DNA of 64,000 nt from the human T2T-CHM13v2.0 reference genome, Homo sapiens (GCF_009914755.1 NC_060927.1); one strand, 5' to 3'. Counted from the stretch's first letter, positions 17,262-39,527 are shown. A program made the numbers and translations. Notes: generated from the letters alone by a model not told the origin.

Positions 17262-17494
17262 GGCTGAGTATGGTGGCTCATGTTCAGGCCCAACTGGGCA
17301 ATATAGCAAGACCTCATCTCTACTGAAAAAGAAAAAAATAGCTGGGCATGGTGATGTGGGGCTTGTAGTCCCAGCAACGCAGGAGGCTGAGTCAGAAGGA
17401 TAACTGGAGCCCCGGAGATCAAGGCTGCAGTGAGCTATGATCATAACACTGCACTCCAGCCTGGGCAACAGAGTGAGACCCTGTCTCAAAAAAA
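17262..17494 (+). mobile_element. AluJ with internal deletion in the left arm
   Basis: J-type right arm (aaggctgcagtgagctatgatc, gagaccctgtctc). The left arm jumps from ggctcatg to ttcaggcccaactgggc. Degenerate TSD atatgctgcaaatg / atatactgtaagtg. Confidence 0.88.
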
Positions 17495-18329
17495 TATTTA
17501 TATACTGTAAGTGAGCTGATTGTGTTTAAGATAGGGCAAAGAGGGATATGTCTCCAAAAAGATATTTCTTAGGATTGTAAAGTTGTAGAGAAAGTTCAAC
17601 TAGAACAGCACCATTTTTATTGAAGAACTAATATATGGAAAATAATCAAGGCTGATTCAGAAGCTACTTAATGAAGCCTAACAATTCTGTAATAAACAAA
17701 AAGATCCATGTATTTGCAATCATCACTTATTTAAATTGATAATCAAATAACTATCATTATAATATATAATGGACCTTAGACATTAGCTAACTAAATACAT
17801 TTACAGAAAACAAATACTTTATTTTTCTCAAAACTCAATAGAAAAACTGCCAATTTATTATCTCTAAAATTGTAACAACTTTAAAATTTTTAAGCATACA
17901 TCCAAATTTATTAAGTTTAAAATTTTTAAATACATAAACTTTTGTGTCTATATACATACACACACACACGCATGCACGTACATACATATTTGGTGATATA
18001 AAATTGAACAAATAGTTCATAGAGTTCCAAAGATTATATCAAAAACATTTTAAAATTAGAAAAGTGAATTTATTTTTTCCAAGATGTTTTTTATCCAAGT
18101 AATAAATTTCCTGCTATAGTTGGGTAATTTTTTTTCTTATCTATGTGTTCTCCTGCCTCATTTTCCCTACCTTTCATCACACTTGCCAGCATATTTAAAT
18201 GCATATAACACAGACAAAATGGGGGTCCTTAGTCACTTGCTTGACCCAACTCCCTTTTAGCATCTTTTTGTTCTCTCACAGTCACTCCCCTCTCCTCCAT
18301 GAACTTATTTGTTATTATTATTAGGTCTT

Positions 18330-18710
18330 AACTAATACAGTTCAGGTGTCCTCTCCTCCCGGACTGTCTCAGATTCCTACAGCCACAGGTAACTGCTGTT
18401 TCAGTTTTTTCGTTGTTGTTGAAATTTATTGATTGTAAAATTTGAACAATATTTTTCACATACTACCTTTTACCACACTTCTTACTCAAATGCATTTGTC
18501 TTACTTCTTCAGTCGGATTACAAGTTATTTGAGAGTAGGGATTTTCATTTCTCATATTTACCCTTGCAAATTACACAAGAGACACTTAGTAAACCTTTAT
18601 TGAATAAATGAATGAATCTTCGTAATCTCCAAATGTGCCTAAGACAGCATCTGACACAAAGTAGCCATTAAGTATTTGGTTGAGAGTTGTAGGTGAATTG
18701 AGTGGGAGAC
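18330..18710 (+). mobile_element. L2 3'-end fragments
   Basis: gattacaagttatttgagagtaggga...ttattgaataaatgaatgaat, and cagcatctgacacaaagtag. Confidence 0.55.
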
Positions 18711-19998
18711 ACTCCAAAGAACAAAAATCTATGTCCATTCCTCTGTTGTAGAATTAAAAACTATGACAGCAGATACCTTAAAATGGATGCTTTCATAGGG
18801 TGGTTAAAACTGTTACATACAAATATGCAATCTACTTCTCATATTGCCCTAGTGATTCTGACTTTAGATATCCATGAAATGAATGTTATATGACTCATAT
18901 GACAGCGTAATGAAACATGTTGTCTGACTGTGACCAAATGGAAATGTTTCTTTCTATTTTTTGGTACATCTTTACTATGATTTCAAAAGTATTTCGTATA
19001 CTCATTCTTCATGTTATATTTCTCTTGCTCCACATTGATTTTACCTGTAATGGTATACTCTTCTATAAGAAGATGAATTTAAGATTGCTCAATTTCTCTA
19101 AGTGTGTGTCATTAAAGATAGGAAAATCCAATGATGAATTTACTTTGTCTTACAATGAAACATGCAAGATAACCACAGTGTTGGAAAAGAGAATGAGTGA
19201 GTAGTCAACAGCAATGACAAAGGACTCAATATAACACTTTTAACTTCTGTTACGTAGCTACTGAGAAAGACATAACTTCCTACAGGATGTCCATACCACA
19301 TTAGTCAGCTCTTAGCACTTATTTCATTCTTGTTAAACAGTGAACTTAGTGGAGAATCAGAAAGAATTTAAATATAAGCTTCTCGCCCTTAAAAAGCTTA
19401 TAATCCTCTATTTGAGACATTTCTAAGTGTTTCTTTTTAATTACTGCTATAGATTCTACTACCTCATTTGCCATATATTGGATTTCTTAGGTTTATCGTT
19501 AGTGTCAGATTATTCAGTGATAGGTCATGTTGGGACTGGCTTGATATTAGCAGTGGTTAATATTACGGTGGTGGCCAATATTATACTTTGTTTTTAGGGC
19601 TCTTTTAAATAGAGAAAGTTTGCTAAAAACAGTTAATAAAAGTCAAAGCATCAGAGACCAGTTAAGAGAAAAATGTCTCTGAAGTCTAAGAGAACTACAG
19701 GACGATTTGCTCACAGAACTGCATTGGTATGTTTTATCTCTTTTACTCAAGTGGAATTAAGTATGCAAAGGGAACACATCACTACACTGGGGAAGAACAA
19801 ATGTGACATGGAAAAAGAAAGTGGCTGTGAATTGAAGAAAGAGTAAAATAGAAGATGATAACACATAGTAATAGCAGTGAAATCTTGAATGATGTCCTAT
19901 TAAAGTATCCTGCTATGGAATAAAAATAGAGACATAAGTGAAGAGGCCAATGCATGAAAAATTAATCAAGAAAAATGTTTTTTCATCTTATAGACAGT

Positions 19999-20002
<4 letters not shown>

Positions 20003-20043
<41 letters not shown>
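20003..20043. repeat. (CA)n microsatellite, ~20 units
   Basis: Uninterrupted acacac run. Confidence 0.97.
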
Positions 20044-20044
<1 letters not shown>

Positions 20045-20360
20045 CTTGTTTAAATGCTATGGCAAGAATGGAAAAGGAGGAGGAAGAAATAACTACAGAT
20101 AAATAATATATCCTCATGGAAATGAGGACAAAATACACATTAATCATTTTTTTTTAGAAATGTGGAAGCTGCCTTTGCATAATAATGTTGGATTCAAGGA
20201 AAATACTTTTCTACATATGTCATGACATTTGAAAATTTGATTAGGATTTCAGATTCTTGTTTATGAAGTATCAAGACTAACATCTTCTGACCAGGATATC
20301 AGACTAGAAAATAGTGGGAAATATATAAAGATTACCTTCCCATTGAATCATAGCTTAAGC

Positions 20361-20573
20361 CAGAGGCCAGGAACCGTTTTTGTAAAGGTTCAGATAGTAA
20401 ATATTTTTTAATTTGTAGTAAAGTTCCAAATACTCAACTCTCCTGTGGGAGCACACAAGTAGCCATGGATGATATGTACATGAATCAACATGGCTGTGTT
20501 GAAAAATAACTTTATTTACAAAATCAGGTGGCCAGACAGATTTGGCCCATAAGCTGTAATTTCCTTTTCCCTC
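20361..20573 (+). mobile_element. MER58A-like hAT-Charlie DNA transposon
   Basis: tgtaaaggttcagatagtaaatattt...tactcaactctc...ggctgtgtt...ctttatttacaaaa...gatttggccc. 8-bp TSD 6/8 identical (gcttaagc / tcataagc). Confidence 0.85.
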
Positions 20574-22219
20574 TCATAAGCAAATAATAATAGTGGATAA
20601 GGCTTTCATAGTACTATTATACATTATTTAATTTTCTTCATAAAAAGGGACCAAGAAAATGAATTTACTACTTTTTAACATAATAAATAATTCAGATAGT
20701 TCAGATGCATTTATTTTATAAAAATAAATGTGTTATGGTATTTGACTCTACAGCTCATCTGAAAGAAAGCACTTTAAGTAATACATGGTCATGAAATTGT
20801 GGCTAACTTTGAAAAAGCCTTAACAAAAAAGCAATCAAAAATGCAATTTCCTAAAGATATTTGAACTATTTGCTGTTTCTTAACCCTCAAGAATTAATGA
20901 CACAATTAGTTCATAAAGTTCAACAAACTTATTGCATTTCTGACATAATATGTTTTCCTATTCATCAAATACTGTATGAGGCCAAAGCCTAGTTACAAAT
21001 AACAGTAGGTTGTTTTGTTAACTATTCATTACAAAATAAACAAAAAAAGTAAATTTAAAACTTAAAATCTGGTAGACTGAAACTCTTGTATCCTTAATGG
21101 ATGTACAGAATGAGCATTATCTTAGAACTCCAGAGGTGGAAGTGTGCTTAGTAAAGGGAAACTAAGGCACCTTATCCAGAGGTCTCTCTCCACAGTTAGC
21201 TTCCTCAAATTTTATTTTCTTTTATGAAAGATTAGATGCTCCACTTGTGCCACAAGTACCTCCCAGTAACCTGGAAGAATTGAGGCAGAATGTCTATGTG
21301 ATGTTATGTGAAAAACCTTGCTTCACTGCCCGTAAGGAACCAGGGGTATGTCCTATACCAGCACAATTTGTGAGCTAGGGAGGGAGCCTCTCATTTATAG
21401 AAACCAGTCACTCCATAGTTATGACCAAAATATCAGCTAAATGTCAAGTACTCTGTTGGGCACCTCTGAAGACATTTCAACCTTGGCTACAAGGAGACAT
21501 GTCGATAAAAAATTGGTTACAATTGTTTCTTAATCTAGGATCAGAAAACTTTCTGTTTGGTACAAGTTAATGAAAATACTATTTTTAGTACTAAAAAACC
21601 ATTACGTCTTCCTGCGATTATTCTAAGTCCTTCACATACTGATGGAAATCATAAAAATATAATATTACTGCATTAACCTTAGTTTATTACATGACTTTTC
21701 AACCACCTTACAAAAAGAACTGTCAACTTCTTTGCAAAATACTCTATTTTGATATGCAATATATTCTATAACTCTTGATAAATACATTTCAATGTATTAA
21801 TCATATAAAATTTGCTTTTTCATCTTGCTTTTGCTCATAAGAGTTAAAACATTAAATATAGGAAAAATAAGCAAAACTTGATAACTTTTCAACTGTACTT
21901 GTACTTGCGCTTCATTGTTCCCTTTTCTAAAAATGCTTCTGCACTTTATAGTCATTTATATTTGATTAATGTTTCTCCTAATAGAGGAAGAACTTTTAGA
22001 TTTAAGCTGGGGTGGAGGGAAAGGATTATGATTGATTGAAGATCTGGGAGCAGGGGTGAGTATAGGATGCAAGCTCTGCTATTAATGGTAGTGTCACTTA
22101 TAAACTCTCCAAGCTCTTGATGACTTCCAGGAGCCTTACACCATAGAGTTATGTAAAACACTTTTGATATTGGAAGTCTTGGACCTTGCATTGAGTAAAG
22201 ACGCTGATGAAAAGCTAAA

Positions 22220-22455
22220 GTGTATATATATGTGTGTGTGTGTATATATATGTGTATATATATATGTGTGTATATATATGTGTATATATATGTGTGTACA
22301 TGTGTGTATATATATGTGTGTGTATATATATGTGTATATATATGTGTGTGTGTGTATATATATGTGTATATATATGTGTGTGTATATATATGTGTATATA
22401 TGTGTGTGTGTGTATATATATATATGTATATATGACACACACACACACAAACACA
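22220..22455. repeat. compound (TA)n/(TG)n microsatellite followed by (CA)n
   Basis: About 215 bp of purine-pyrimidine alternation, then acacacac. Confidence 0.97.
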
Positions 22456-22567
22456 TGGGATCCTAAGGTAGAATCTGCAGGAATTCAGTTGCCCTAACTC
22501 TATAGATCCTGCCCCAAAAGTCATGCCGAATTTTCTGAGCTCTCAAACCTATCTATATACTACACAG

Positions 22568-22662
22568 GATAGATAAATGATAGGTAGCTAGGTCAGTAAG
22601 TATATACAGATAGAGAAAGATAGATGAATGGATAGATAAATAGATAGTTAGTAAATTGATAG
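22568..22662. repeat. degenerate (GATA)n tract
   Basis: gatagataaatgataggtag...gatagatgaatggatagataaatagatag. Confidence 0.7.
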
Positions 22663-24840
22663 GAAACCGAAAAGGTAGACAAAACTGCAGTGAAACATTT
22701 TGGTGATAAGCTCTTTCTACCCATGATATTGAACAACTAGTAGTCTCTCCATTGAGACTCTTCTATGATGGCAAGAGGCTCTGCTGTTTCCAATTGGGTA
22801 ATTTAAAGATTATGAAATGCGGATAGATCAGGCTAGAAAGCTAATCTGTTACTAAGATTTTTAGTGGCTTTACATTATGCCCAGAATACTTGGAGGAGAT
22901 AAAGGTAGTTCTGTTGTGTCAGTTAATGTCAACGATTCATCGTAGGACAAGCCTATAATCCCTTGATACATTTTGCAAATTCTGTGATGTTGGTCTTGAC
23001 AGTCCAAAAGTAGGATGATATACCATGTAAACTAAAATGAGAATGATGTGACACAAACATGGTAAATCCTTATTATTTGTTCTTTGTAAGTAAGGGGAAC
23101 ATGGATGAAGTAAGTAATGAGGAAGAAAAACTTTCTTAGAGATGCAAATAGAAGACAGAACCACAGGATTAAAATAGCTCTCATTGTTTAACAAACGTAA
23201 CCATAAACAACCAGGGTGAGGAGCAATGAAAATCTGCCTTAGTGTGTGTTTCTCCTGTAATAAAATTTCACAATTTTGAGGTGGACTCACAATATCTGAA
23301 ATCCTGGTAGACAAGCCTTATGTAGCCATTGGCATTTATCTCAAGTAATGAAATACTTTCTTCATAATATAGATTTTTCTTTGACTAGCTACGCTTTTAT
23401 GATTTAGAATCAAATAGAGCAACACTATTATTTCATGGTGTTGCATGGTGAAATATCCTACTACATTCTGTCTGCTTCTGAGCATGCTTTCAACATTTTA
23501 ATCTGTAGCTTTTGTAGTTTGTATCTGAAGTACCGTAGAAATTGTAACCTTACAATTTTCCTTTTGCACTGTAACAGACCAAAAAAAATGACTAGAGCTG
23601 ATTGTATCTAGATTTAGAAGACAATGGAGCAGGTAATTACCCACAGAGATCTCTATCCTCCCCACTTGCTATGATAAAGAGATAGCTGTTTGATTTTCCT
23701 AATATGAAAGATCTATTTGTTTAACATGGTTTATTCTGTTGTATGCTTTATTTGCTGTGTTTTTTTTCCTTCTTATTCTTATACAAGACCTATCTTTATT
23801 GTTTGCTCAGTCATCTGGAAAATGCAATGAAAAAAGGAGAAAGATTATGCCATATTGAGGGTAAATGAAGTTAATCTGTCTAAGAAAATAAAATTTTTGA
23901 AAAAATAATTTACTACATAAGAACTTTGAAGATGTTAATTTAGAATGGTCACTGCTCTTTAATCCAAATTACACCTACACTTCTAAACTGGAAATACTTG
24001 TGCTTTTGAAAGTCTAGTAGAAAAAAAATGGAGCCCCACTACTTCTTCAAATGCTTAACATTTTTAGAAAATGATAACATATATAACATATTTCAGCATG
24101 GTATCAATTCGTATTGTCAAAACAGTCTTCCCTATGTTGAATTCAATTGCATTAGCTTATTTTTACATGTTCTTTCTTAGTAAAACCAGGAAATAGTTAA
24201 AATCAATAATTTGGTCTATATGTGATTTTCACAATGTCTCCCTTTCTACAAGAACAAAAGAGAAAAGTCAGGGACTTGTTTCTCCCATTCAGACACTTAA
24301 AGGAATGCATTCACTACCTTAGAAGGAAGAAGATGCTATGAAGATGGGTTTCTTGACCCTACCAGCAATCAAGGTTCCACCTCCTCAAGGGTAGTATGAA
24401 CAACCAAGAGCCGTGTTTTGCAAACCATCAGTGATAGTCTGCATGATAAAAGCCTATCTTATATCTGATTTTGGACCTAGTGGTATCCATGGTTGCACAA
24501 TCTCAGGAAGAGTTGCTATTTTAGCTCATCTTAACAATACTTGGGACTGAAATGCAGGGAAAAAATTTGAAAGGAGCCTGTATAGGTAGAAGTTTAAAGG
24601 AAGATTAATAGACTAATTGGCTGGGTGAGACCTTAAAAGATGGCAGTTAATTCCAGTGCCTTACCTTTGAAGAAAAATATGTTACCGGATTGATTGTAAC
24701 TTGGTTTTCAAAATACAAAGTCTATATTTCACTTCTCTAGTGTTGTTTTGTTATAATTCTAATTGTTTCATATCAATTAAATTTTATCATTCTATGTGTG
24801 AATTCTATAACTCCATAATTTAGAGTCCAGTGTTATACAA

Positions 24841-25850
24841 CTTCTCTCCTCTATCTATACTTAATTCCCAGGTAACCTCTTCCAGTCCCTTGAATGCCAC
24901 CTTTATGCTAATGGATTCTAAATTCGTATCTCCACACAACACCTCTTTCTTTATCCAGAATCCTATAGCTCCTTAATTAACATCTTTACATGAGAGTCTA
25001 ACAGGCGTTTCAAAAATAACATCACAAAGAGAACTCTGAATTTCAACTCCTACCACTGCTGAACCAGATTCATCTCTGGCTTTTCCCATCTCAGGAAATA
25101 ACATTTCCATTACTCTAGCTGCTCATGTGAAAAAACATAATTTGATTCTAGACTCATCTCTTTCTCCTATACCCTACATTCAACGCATGCACACACCATG
25201 TTGTCTTTTCCCTCAAAATACATAAAAAACTGATGAGTTCTTACAACTAGCATGCCTATAAACATGATCAAAGCCATTATCTTATTTTGTCTGAACAATT
25301 GCAATGATCTCAACTAGGCTTTATCCTTTCATACTGAATTCTCTAGCAGAGAGTCTATTCTCCACTCAACATAATTCTTTAAATATATGTCAGGTCTTAC
25401 CACTATGCTTAAAATTACCCACTGGCTTCCAATTTCAAACAAAGTCTTACATTATCTACCTTATGCTACTCTTTGACCTAATCTATTAATTTTCTTTAAC
25501 TTACTCTTTCAGACACACTAGACTCTTTGGTACTCTTTGCCTTCTGCCCCAAAGCATTTTTACTCATTATTTTCTGTTCCTGAAAACTCTTCCCCCAGGT
25601 ATCTTGAATGGCCTGCTTCTTCACTTTCTTCAGGTCTCCATTTAAATAACATCAAGAAGCTCTTCCCTGAACATCTTATTTTAGAGGTGTTACCTCTTTC
25701 CCCTCTATGTCTCTTATCCTACTTTATTTTTATTCATAACAGCTTTTACTATTTGACTTTTATTTAAAACCCCATAAACCCTTTAAGGGAAGAATCGTTT
25801 TGGTTTATTTACTATAGCATCAACAGAACCCTGAACAATGTTTAAATATA
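24841..25850 (+). mobile_element. L2 (L2a-like) 3' region
   Basis: ctttatgctaatggattctaaattcgtatctcc, gtctaacaggcgtttcaaa and cttctcactttcttcaggtctc-like motifs in colinear order. Confidence 0.75.
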
Positions 25851-27419
25851 TGAAATAGTAGTTTGTCACATATTCTCAGGTATTGCCTCTGGGAAGGGAA
25901 TGGCTATTTTGTAGGCTGTAATAATGAGCAAGTATCCTCAAAATCACTGACTACTTTTCTCCACACCAAAAAATTCAAGTAACAAATAAATCTCATATTT
26001 TAAACTTGTAATTCTAAATCTAGGGAAGTTTGGAAAATGGTTATTAAAGGTGACCAGGATTCTCTGTTGTACTCATTGACTAAATAATTCATGTATTCAT
26101 TCATTGCTCATTTGAAAAATATTTAATACCTTCATATAATACGCATGGCCCTGCAAGATGCAAAATTGATTCAAGATTGTCCTCAAGGAGCTTTTTCAGC
26201 TAATGCAAACATGGTGATTTACAACAATCTGGTTTCACTTCTCAACAGCTACTCATCTTCTAGATACGCCTAATACAAATTCAGTGCTCTACAAATAATG
26301 AAAACCCAATACATTTTATTATAAAAACAGTAATCACAATAAAGCTCTTAAACAGGTTGGAATTCAAGAAAATGTGACAACTTAAATCTTAATATACTCT
26401 AGCTTGACCTCTAGGCTGATGACAGTTATCAAAATTGTTTAATAGTTTCATTTGTCATTTACTAACTAAAACCTAGGAACTGTATCAAATACAAAATAGA
26501 AAATAATATTATTGATTGTATTTTTTTCTATATTATAACTTTATATAATTTTTCTCAATAGTGGGAGGCATAATTATCACAAAATACCTTTACCTAAGAT
26601 GAACTTCCTAATCCAGCAATAATTAGTGCCATGTCTGCAATTTGTTTTTGCTCTATAGGACATCCATACCAAAATTATGTTATTCATTAATGATTTAATT
26701 GTAAAAATGTAGAAATTTATATTTAAAAATTAGGAAAAAAGAATCTTAATTAAATCTCACAGAAGTGAGCAAAGGGAATTTGACTGATAAAAATAAAATA
26801 AAGATGTATAGATTACCGCAGAAATGGAAATCATATCAAATAAATATTGAACTATTTAGAGAGATGAGACCACTGAAACACACTAAATGATGATTAAAAC
26901 AAGATAAATATTTATTAAATGTGGCTGTGATTTATTAAGTTGTGCTGGACTAAATAAATGTAATTTGATATCTGAGTCATATCTTTCTGATACAGCCTTC
27001 ATTAAATCTGAAGTCCCAGCTTTGAGGGAATATTATATGTTCCCTTCAGTTTTTAATCTCTTTGAAATATCAGTTTGATTCTGGGGAAGGCTCTGAAAGT
27101 CACAGACTGAAGTCTCTTGCTTGTCAATGAGGTTGTTCTGTTCTGCCGGATAGAGAGGACAACCCATCAAACTCTGTGAGGGCAGGGGTTGCTGTCACCA
27201 CCAAGGAGCTGGACTGGTGCCTGCCATGTGGTGCTCAATAAATAATACTTATTTATACTTACTAATGAAGTACCTCTTTATTTCTTCTTCTCTAAAATAA
27301 AGTGATTTAACAATACAAGTTTTTCCCAAAATGAGAACTAAGATTCACCAATCAGCTATTATTAGGCAATCTTTGAATGCCTAGCACAGAGAATGCCTAA
27401 TAATATCTAAAAGATTCTA

Positions 27420-27565
27420 TTTCTCTGCCTCAAGTCTCTCATTTGTAAAAGAAGTGTAATTATGATTTTTACCTCGGAATTGTTGTGAGAATTAAACAAG
27501 AAATGGCATAAAGGGACTTAGGAGATAGTTTAGCACTAAATGAGTTTTCAGTGAATGTTTATTAT
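27420..27565 (+). mobile_element. MIR
   Basis: ctctgcctcaagtctctcatttgtaaaa...ttgttgtgagaattaaa. Confidence 0.65.
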
Positions 27566-29052
27566 TAATAAAATTCTCAATAATAGTCCTGCTCTCTGGC
27601 ACTGTATTGACCTCCCCACTAGGGATCTACATTCTTTTAATCTGCTCTTCTAAGAATCAGAATAATAGTGTTTTACCTAAATTAGATAGAGGCAGCTGCT
27701 GTTTTTTTCTATTAACATTTAGTTATAGTGTCTACCATATATAAACAAACTGACAGCTTTGGTTCCTACCAAAGATAGCATGTATTCAGATAGCACACAT
27801 TTGAATAGCACGTATTGGGATAGCTCATATTCAGATATATAAAAAGGAGGATTGCTGGGGAGAAGGGAGGGGAGAGGGTGGTAGTCTTTGAGAAAAGCTG
27901 AATTTTCCACACTGGTGGTTTGCACTGATTAGTCAACACTTAATTATTCAGCAAAATATTTTATCTTGAGTCTATAAACCCAAATTTTTGCTAAGTCTAT
28001 ATGACATGCCTAATCTGCAGCTTTATAGTTGATTTTTTTATCTTGCCATATTAGCAAGTGATAGCCAAACAATTAATCACAGATAGACTACTGTGTGCTG
28101 AACAAGCTGTCAAAGAAGCTAAAATAACTAGACCAACTATGGTACAATCTGCTTATTTTCAGATGTCTAAGCATGGTCTGAATCTCTCACTTCATTTAAT
28201 TCTTTGTTAACTCTCACTCTCCTGGAGGGTTGCTTTTCTATTTTTATTGAATAATTAGGAAATGGCACAGGAAACAGGAGTAGAAAAAAAGTTAAGCATG
28301 GTTACTTGACAGAATTGTATAGGAAATACTCAGGAGACAATGACAACCAGTGGTGTCCAAGGGCAGCAAGACACATGGACTAGCACTGTCCATCAGACTC
28401 ATGATCAAAAACTTCCTGCTATACTAATGAAGTGTCTGGCTTAAGGATTCAGTGTGTCAGCACATCATCCTTTCTTTTATTATTTCTTTTCTTCCCCAGG
28501 AGAAAACAAAGGAAAGCCTGCTCACCTCTACAGGAACCATGCACGACAATTTTATTTTAAAAGGTAAATTTATAAGAAAAATGTGTGACACCAAATGTGT
28601 GGAGAGAGTTGGAAAGTGAGCAGCTTGTCAGCCAAAACTATAACAAAGTAGCTAATGAATAGCAGCCTTCTAATGAGTAAAGTGACAAAAGAAAGTAGCA
28701 ATTGGGTTGAAAACGCAATGATAGTCAAGTGACCCGTAATAGAATAATCTGAATCCTAATCTTTATTATAAAAACTACAGAATAAAGAGATGTGAGCTTT
28801 GATTTCCACTTTCCACAGCTGGACTAAATTTTTTTTTCCCTTCCTCAGGTTCTTTTAAGAGTCGAAAGCCATCATGATCATAGGAGATGGAGACACTGCC
28901 TGATCAATGTCATCAAAGATGTTGTTTTACAAAGTGTCCAGTGCCGCACTCTATATATCCATGAAAAAGCTTTTTTCAGAACAAATTTCTTCCTGCCAAT
29001 ATGATTTATTTTATACTTGTTGTATTTGGAATCTCGTTTTGATTTATATATC

Positions 29053-29465
29053 TATCTTAGTCTGGCTCTTCCCAGAAGCACACGCTGAGACAAGGATTAA
29101 AGTAAAAGTTGTTTATTTGGGAAGGGCCATGAACACTGGCAAAGTAGTGGAGAGGTGAGGCAATCCATGAAAGATGGATGAAAAACACTACCAGAGTGAG
29201 CCACAGAGGCTCAATCCCACTGAGAAACTCTGAGAAATGATGGAAAACATATGCCTTAGAATGGTCATTCCCAAGTGGTGGAGGAGTAGACAAGTCTTTG
29301 AATGAAGTTGCTCTGGGTGATAAGTTCTCAGTACCTCCATCCTCTTTCTTAAGTTCTTGAGGAAAGAATCCTAAGCACGGATGATCCCCAAGTTAGCTGA
29401 ATGTTGTCAGGAACACACAGAAAGGTTTAGGCAATATGGCATGGCACTGATAACATCAGCTACAG
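29053..29465. mobile_element. old ERVL LTR (LTR33/LTR16-like)
   Basis: tcttagtctggctcttcccagaagcacacgctgagacaaggatt...gtttatttgggaag is a typical terminus of this LTR group. Confidence 0.55.
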
Positions 29466-29774
29466 CGTTGTTGTTTCATTTTGTTTTGGCGTCTAGAAAA
29501 TACATGGTAAAAAGGGGGCTCATATTTAACAACTATACAAGACTGTATTTTATATAGTTTTGTCTGCTTATCCTTTGCTCGAACTCTGTACCCATTTCCC
29601 CCTTTCCCTACTTAAAAACACATTTATTTTCTACTGGTATCCAAGTGAGTAAGTTTCCCCACATCATTTTAAAAAGTGAGACTAGGTGTAAATCAACAAA
29701 ATGGCTCAGTGAATAATTCAACAATTATGTAGTAATTGTCATTTTATAATTCATTCAAAAAATATGACAGCCTA

Positions 29775-30084
<310 letters not shown>

Positions 30085-30622
30085 ACAGCCTAATATGTGT
30101 CAGGTATTAAGTTACATTCTGAGAATAGTGTCAAAGATGAATAATACATGCTTCCCACCTTCAAGGAGCTTGCAGACTAACTGGAAGAATAACAAGCAAA
30201 GACACAAAAATAAGATTAGTGCCAGAGCTAGGATGTGTAGTAAAATCTTATGTGACCTACATTGTTATATTGATCGCAGCCAATATTATTTCTGTCAGCC
30301 CAAAATTTGGGGAGGCAATATTTTTAAAGCAGAAATATTTATTGCCTTAACTGTGGTTGAACTGGGTTGGCCATGACTGTTTTAAATGAGATGGTTGTGT
30401 CAGAATAATAATTGATAACCTTTCAACATCTGTGTGGCTGGTACAGATATAGCAACTGTCCCCACCTTGTTGGCACAAAAATAGATTTAAAACCCCACCA
30501 TAAGCCTTGCAGCCTCATCACAAATTATTCTCCTCAACAAGTCTCTGGCATGGCACTTAGATGTAGAAAGGTTGGATAAAGCTGTTTATTATACCTTCAG
30601 CCAAAACTACATTATAATCTTC

Positions 30623-30658
30623 ATTTATCCAAGTCAAATTTATCCAAGTCAAATTTAT
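30623..30658. repeat. 15-bp perfect tandem duplication (atttatccaagtcaa x2.4)
   Basis: Directly visible in the sequence. Confidence 0.9.
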
Positions 30659-30676
30659 ATAATAAATGTTCACATA

Positions 30677-31027
<351 letters not shown>

Positions 31028-31242
31028 TCAAGTTTACTTGGTATATTCATTAAGATAGACTTTATGTTGGGCTATAAAACAAATTTCAAGACATTTAAAA
31101 GGTATACATATATATACTATGAATATTCTCTGAACACATTGGAATTAAATAAAAAGTCAATAAAATATCAAGGAGACTTCAATTACCTACAAATTAATAA
31201 TGCCATAGATCAAATAAGAAATCATCAGATAAATTGGAAATA

Positions 31243-31582
31243 CAGTCATGTACCACATATAACTACATTTCTGTCAACAATAAACCATATATATGATGGT
31301 AGTTCCATAGAATTTTAATACCATAGTTTTACTATACTTTTTCTATGTTTAGATACACAAATATTTGCCATTGTGTTGTAATTGCCTACAGTATTAAGTA
31401 CAATAACATGATGTACTGGTTTGTTGCTTGGGAGCAATAGGCTATACCACATAGCCTAAGTGTGTTGTAGGCTATACTATGTAGATTTGTGTAAGTACAT
31501 TCTGTGATATTTGCCCAAGGATAAAATCTCTTAATGATGCATTTCTCAAAATGTATCCCAATTGTGAAGTGATGCATGATTA
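31243..31582 (+). mobile_element. Tigger3a-like TcMar-Tigger MITE
   Basis: TIRs cagtcatg / catgatta flanked by TA. Internal ggagcaataggctataccacatagcctaagtgtg. About 340 bp. Confidence 0.9.
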
Positions 31583-32136
31583 TACACTGAATTAAGTGGT
31601 AGCAAAATGACAACATACGAAAATTTGTGAAAGGCAGAGAAAGCAGTACTTACAGGAAAATGTATACCTTTAAATATATATATTAGAAACAAAAACCTAA
31701 AATGATCTAAAATAAATGACCTATGTATCTGCATTGAGAAATCAAAAGAGAAGAGCAAATTAGCCCAAGATAAGCGGAAGTAACAAAGAAAATAATTTTT
31801 AAAAATAAGCAGAAATCAGTGAAAGGGAAAACAGATAATATAGAGAGCATTTAACTTTCCATATTAAAAGATGGCTGTTTGAAATTAACATAAAACTTGG
31901 TTTTTATCTCTAGATGAAATAAGAAAAAGAAAGAGAACTCATATCAGCAATATCAGCAATAAAGAAGAATCTACCAACAAAAATCCTATAATCATAAAAA
32001 AGACATTAACAATATGGTAATAACCAAGAACAACAAATTCATTATTCTGGATTAAATGGACAAATATATTGAAAAATACATTTGAAAAATACAAATTAAC
32101 ACAAGAAAAAAAGAAAACATGAATAGTTCTCTATCT

Positions 32137-32190
32137 ATTAAAGAAATTTAGTTTAATCTCAAAATTAAAGAAGTTTAATTTAACCTCAAA
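32137..32190. repeat. 27-bp imperfect tandem duplication inside L1M
   Basis: attaaagaaatttagtttaatctcaaa / attaaagaagtttaatttaacctcaaa. Confidence 0.8.
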
Positions 32191-32434
32191 AATCTTTCCT
32201 AAAAAACGCAGATATAAGTAGTTTCACTAATGAATTGTATCAAAGATTTGAGGAAGAAGAAAATATATAGGAAAACCTAAGGCATTCACATACTTTTTAA
32301 AAAAATAGAGATGGAATAAACACAGTCAAGTTGTTTTCTGAGGCTAACATAAACCTAATACTAAAACCTGACAAAGACATAATGAAAAAGGAAACTTAGA
32401 GGTCAATATCACTCATAAATATAAAAATTTTGAT

Positions 32435-39306
<6,872 letters not shown>

Positions 39307-39527
39307 CTTAAAAATATTCTTAACAAAATTTAGCTAACTTAATTTGACTACATATAAAAAGGATAACATATAATGAACAAGTGAAATGCAAGGTTGGAGT
39401 AACATTTGAAAACTCGGTCAATACAATCCACCATATTAACAATATAAAGGAGAAAAAATGATTATTTTAGTTAGGTGCAGAGAAAGAATTTCACAAAATT
39501 CAACTTTTATTTATCTGAAAAAGCCTC

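Noticed and set aside
21952-22524. Several 70-190 aa ORFs (YTHI/VCIY repeats)
   Set aside because: Translations of the TA/TG microsatellite.
28828-28925. Strong splice acceptor (tttttttcccttcctcag), with similar acceptors at 54811 and 62967
   Set aside because: No coherent donor pairing or reading frame. Cannot be supported without transcript data.
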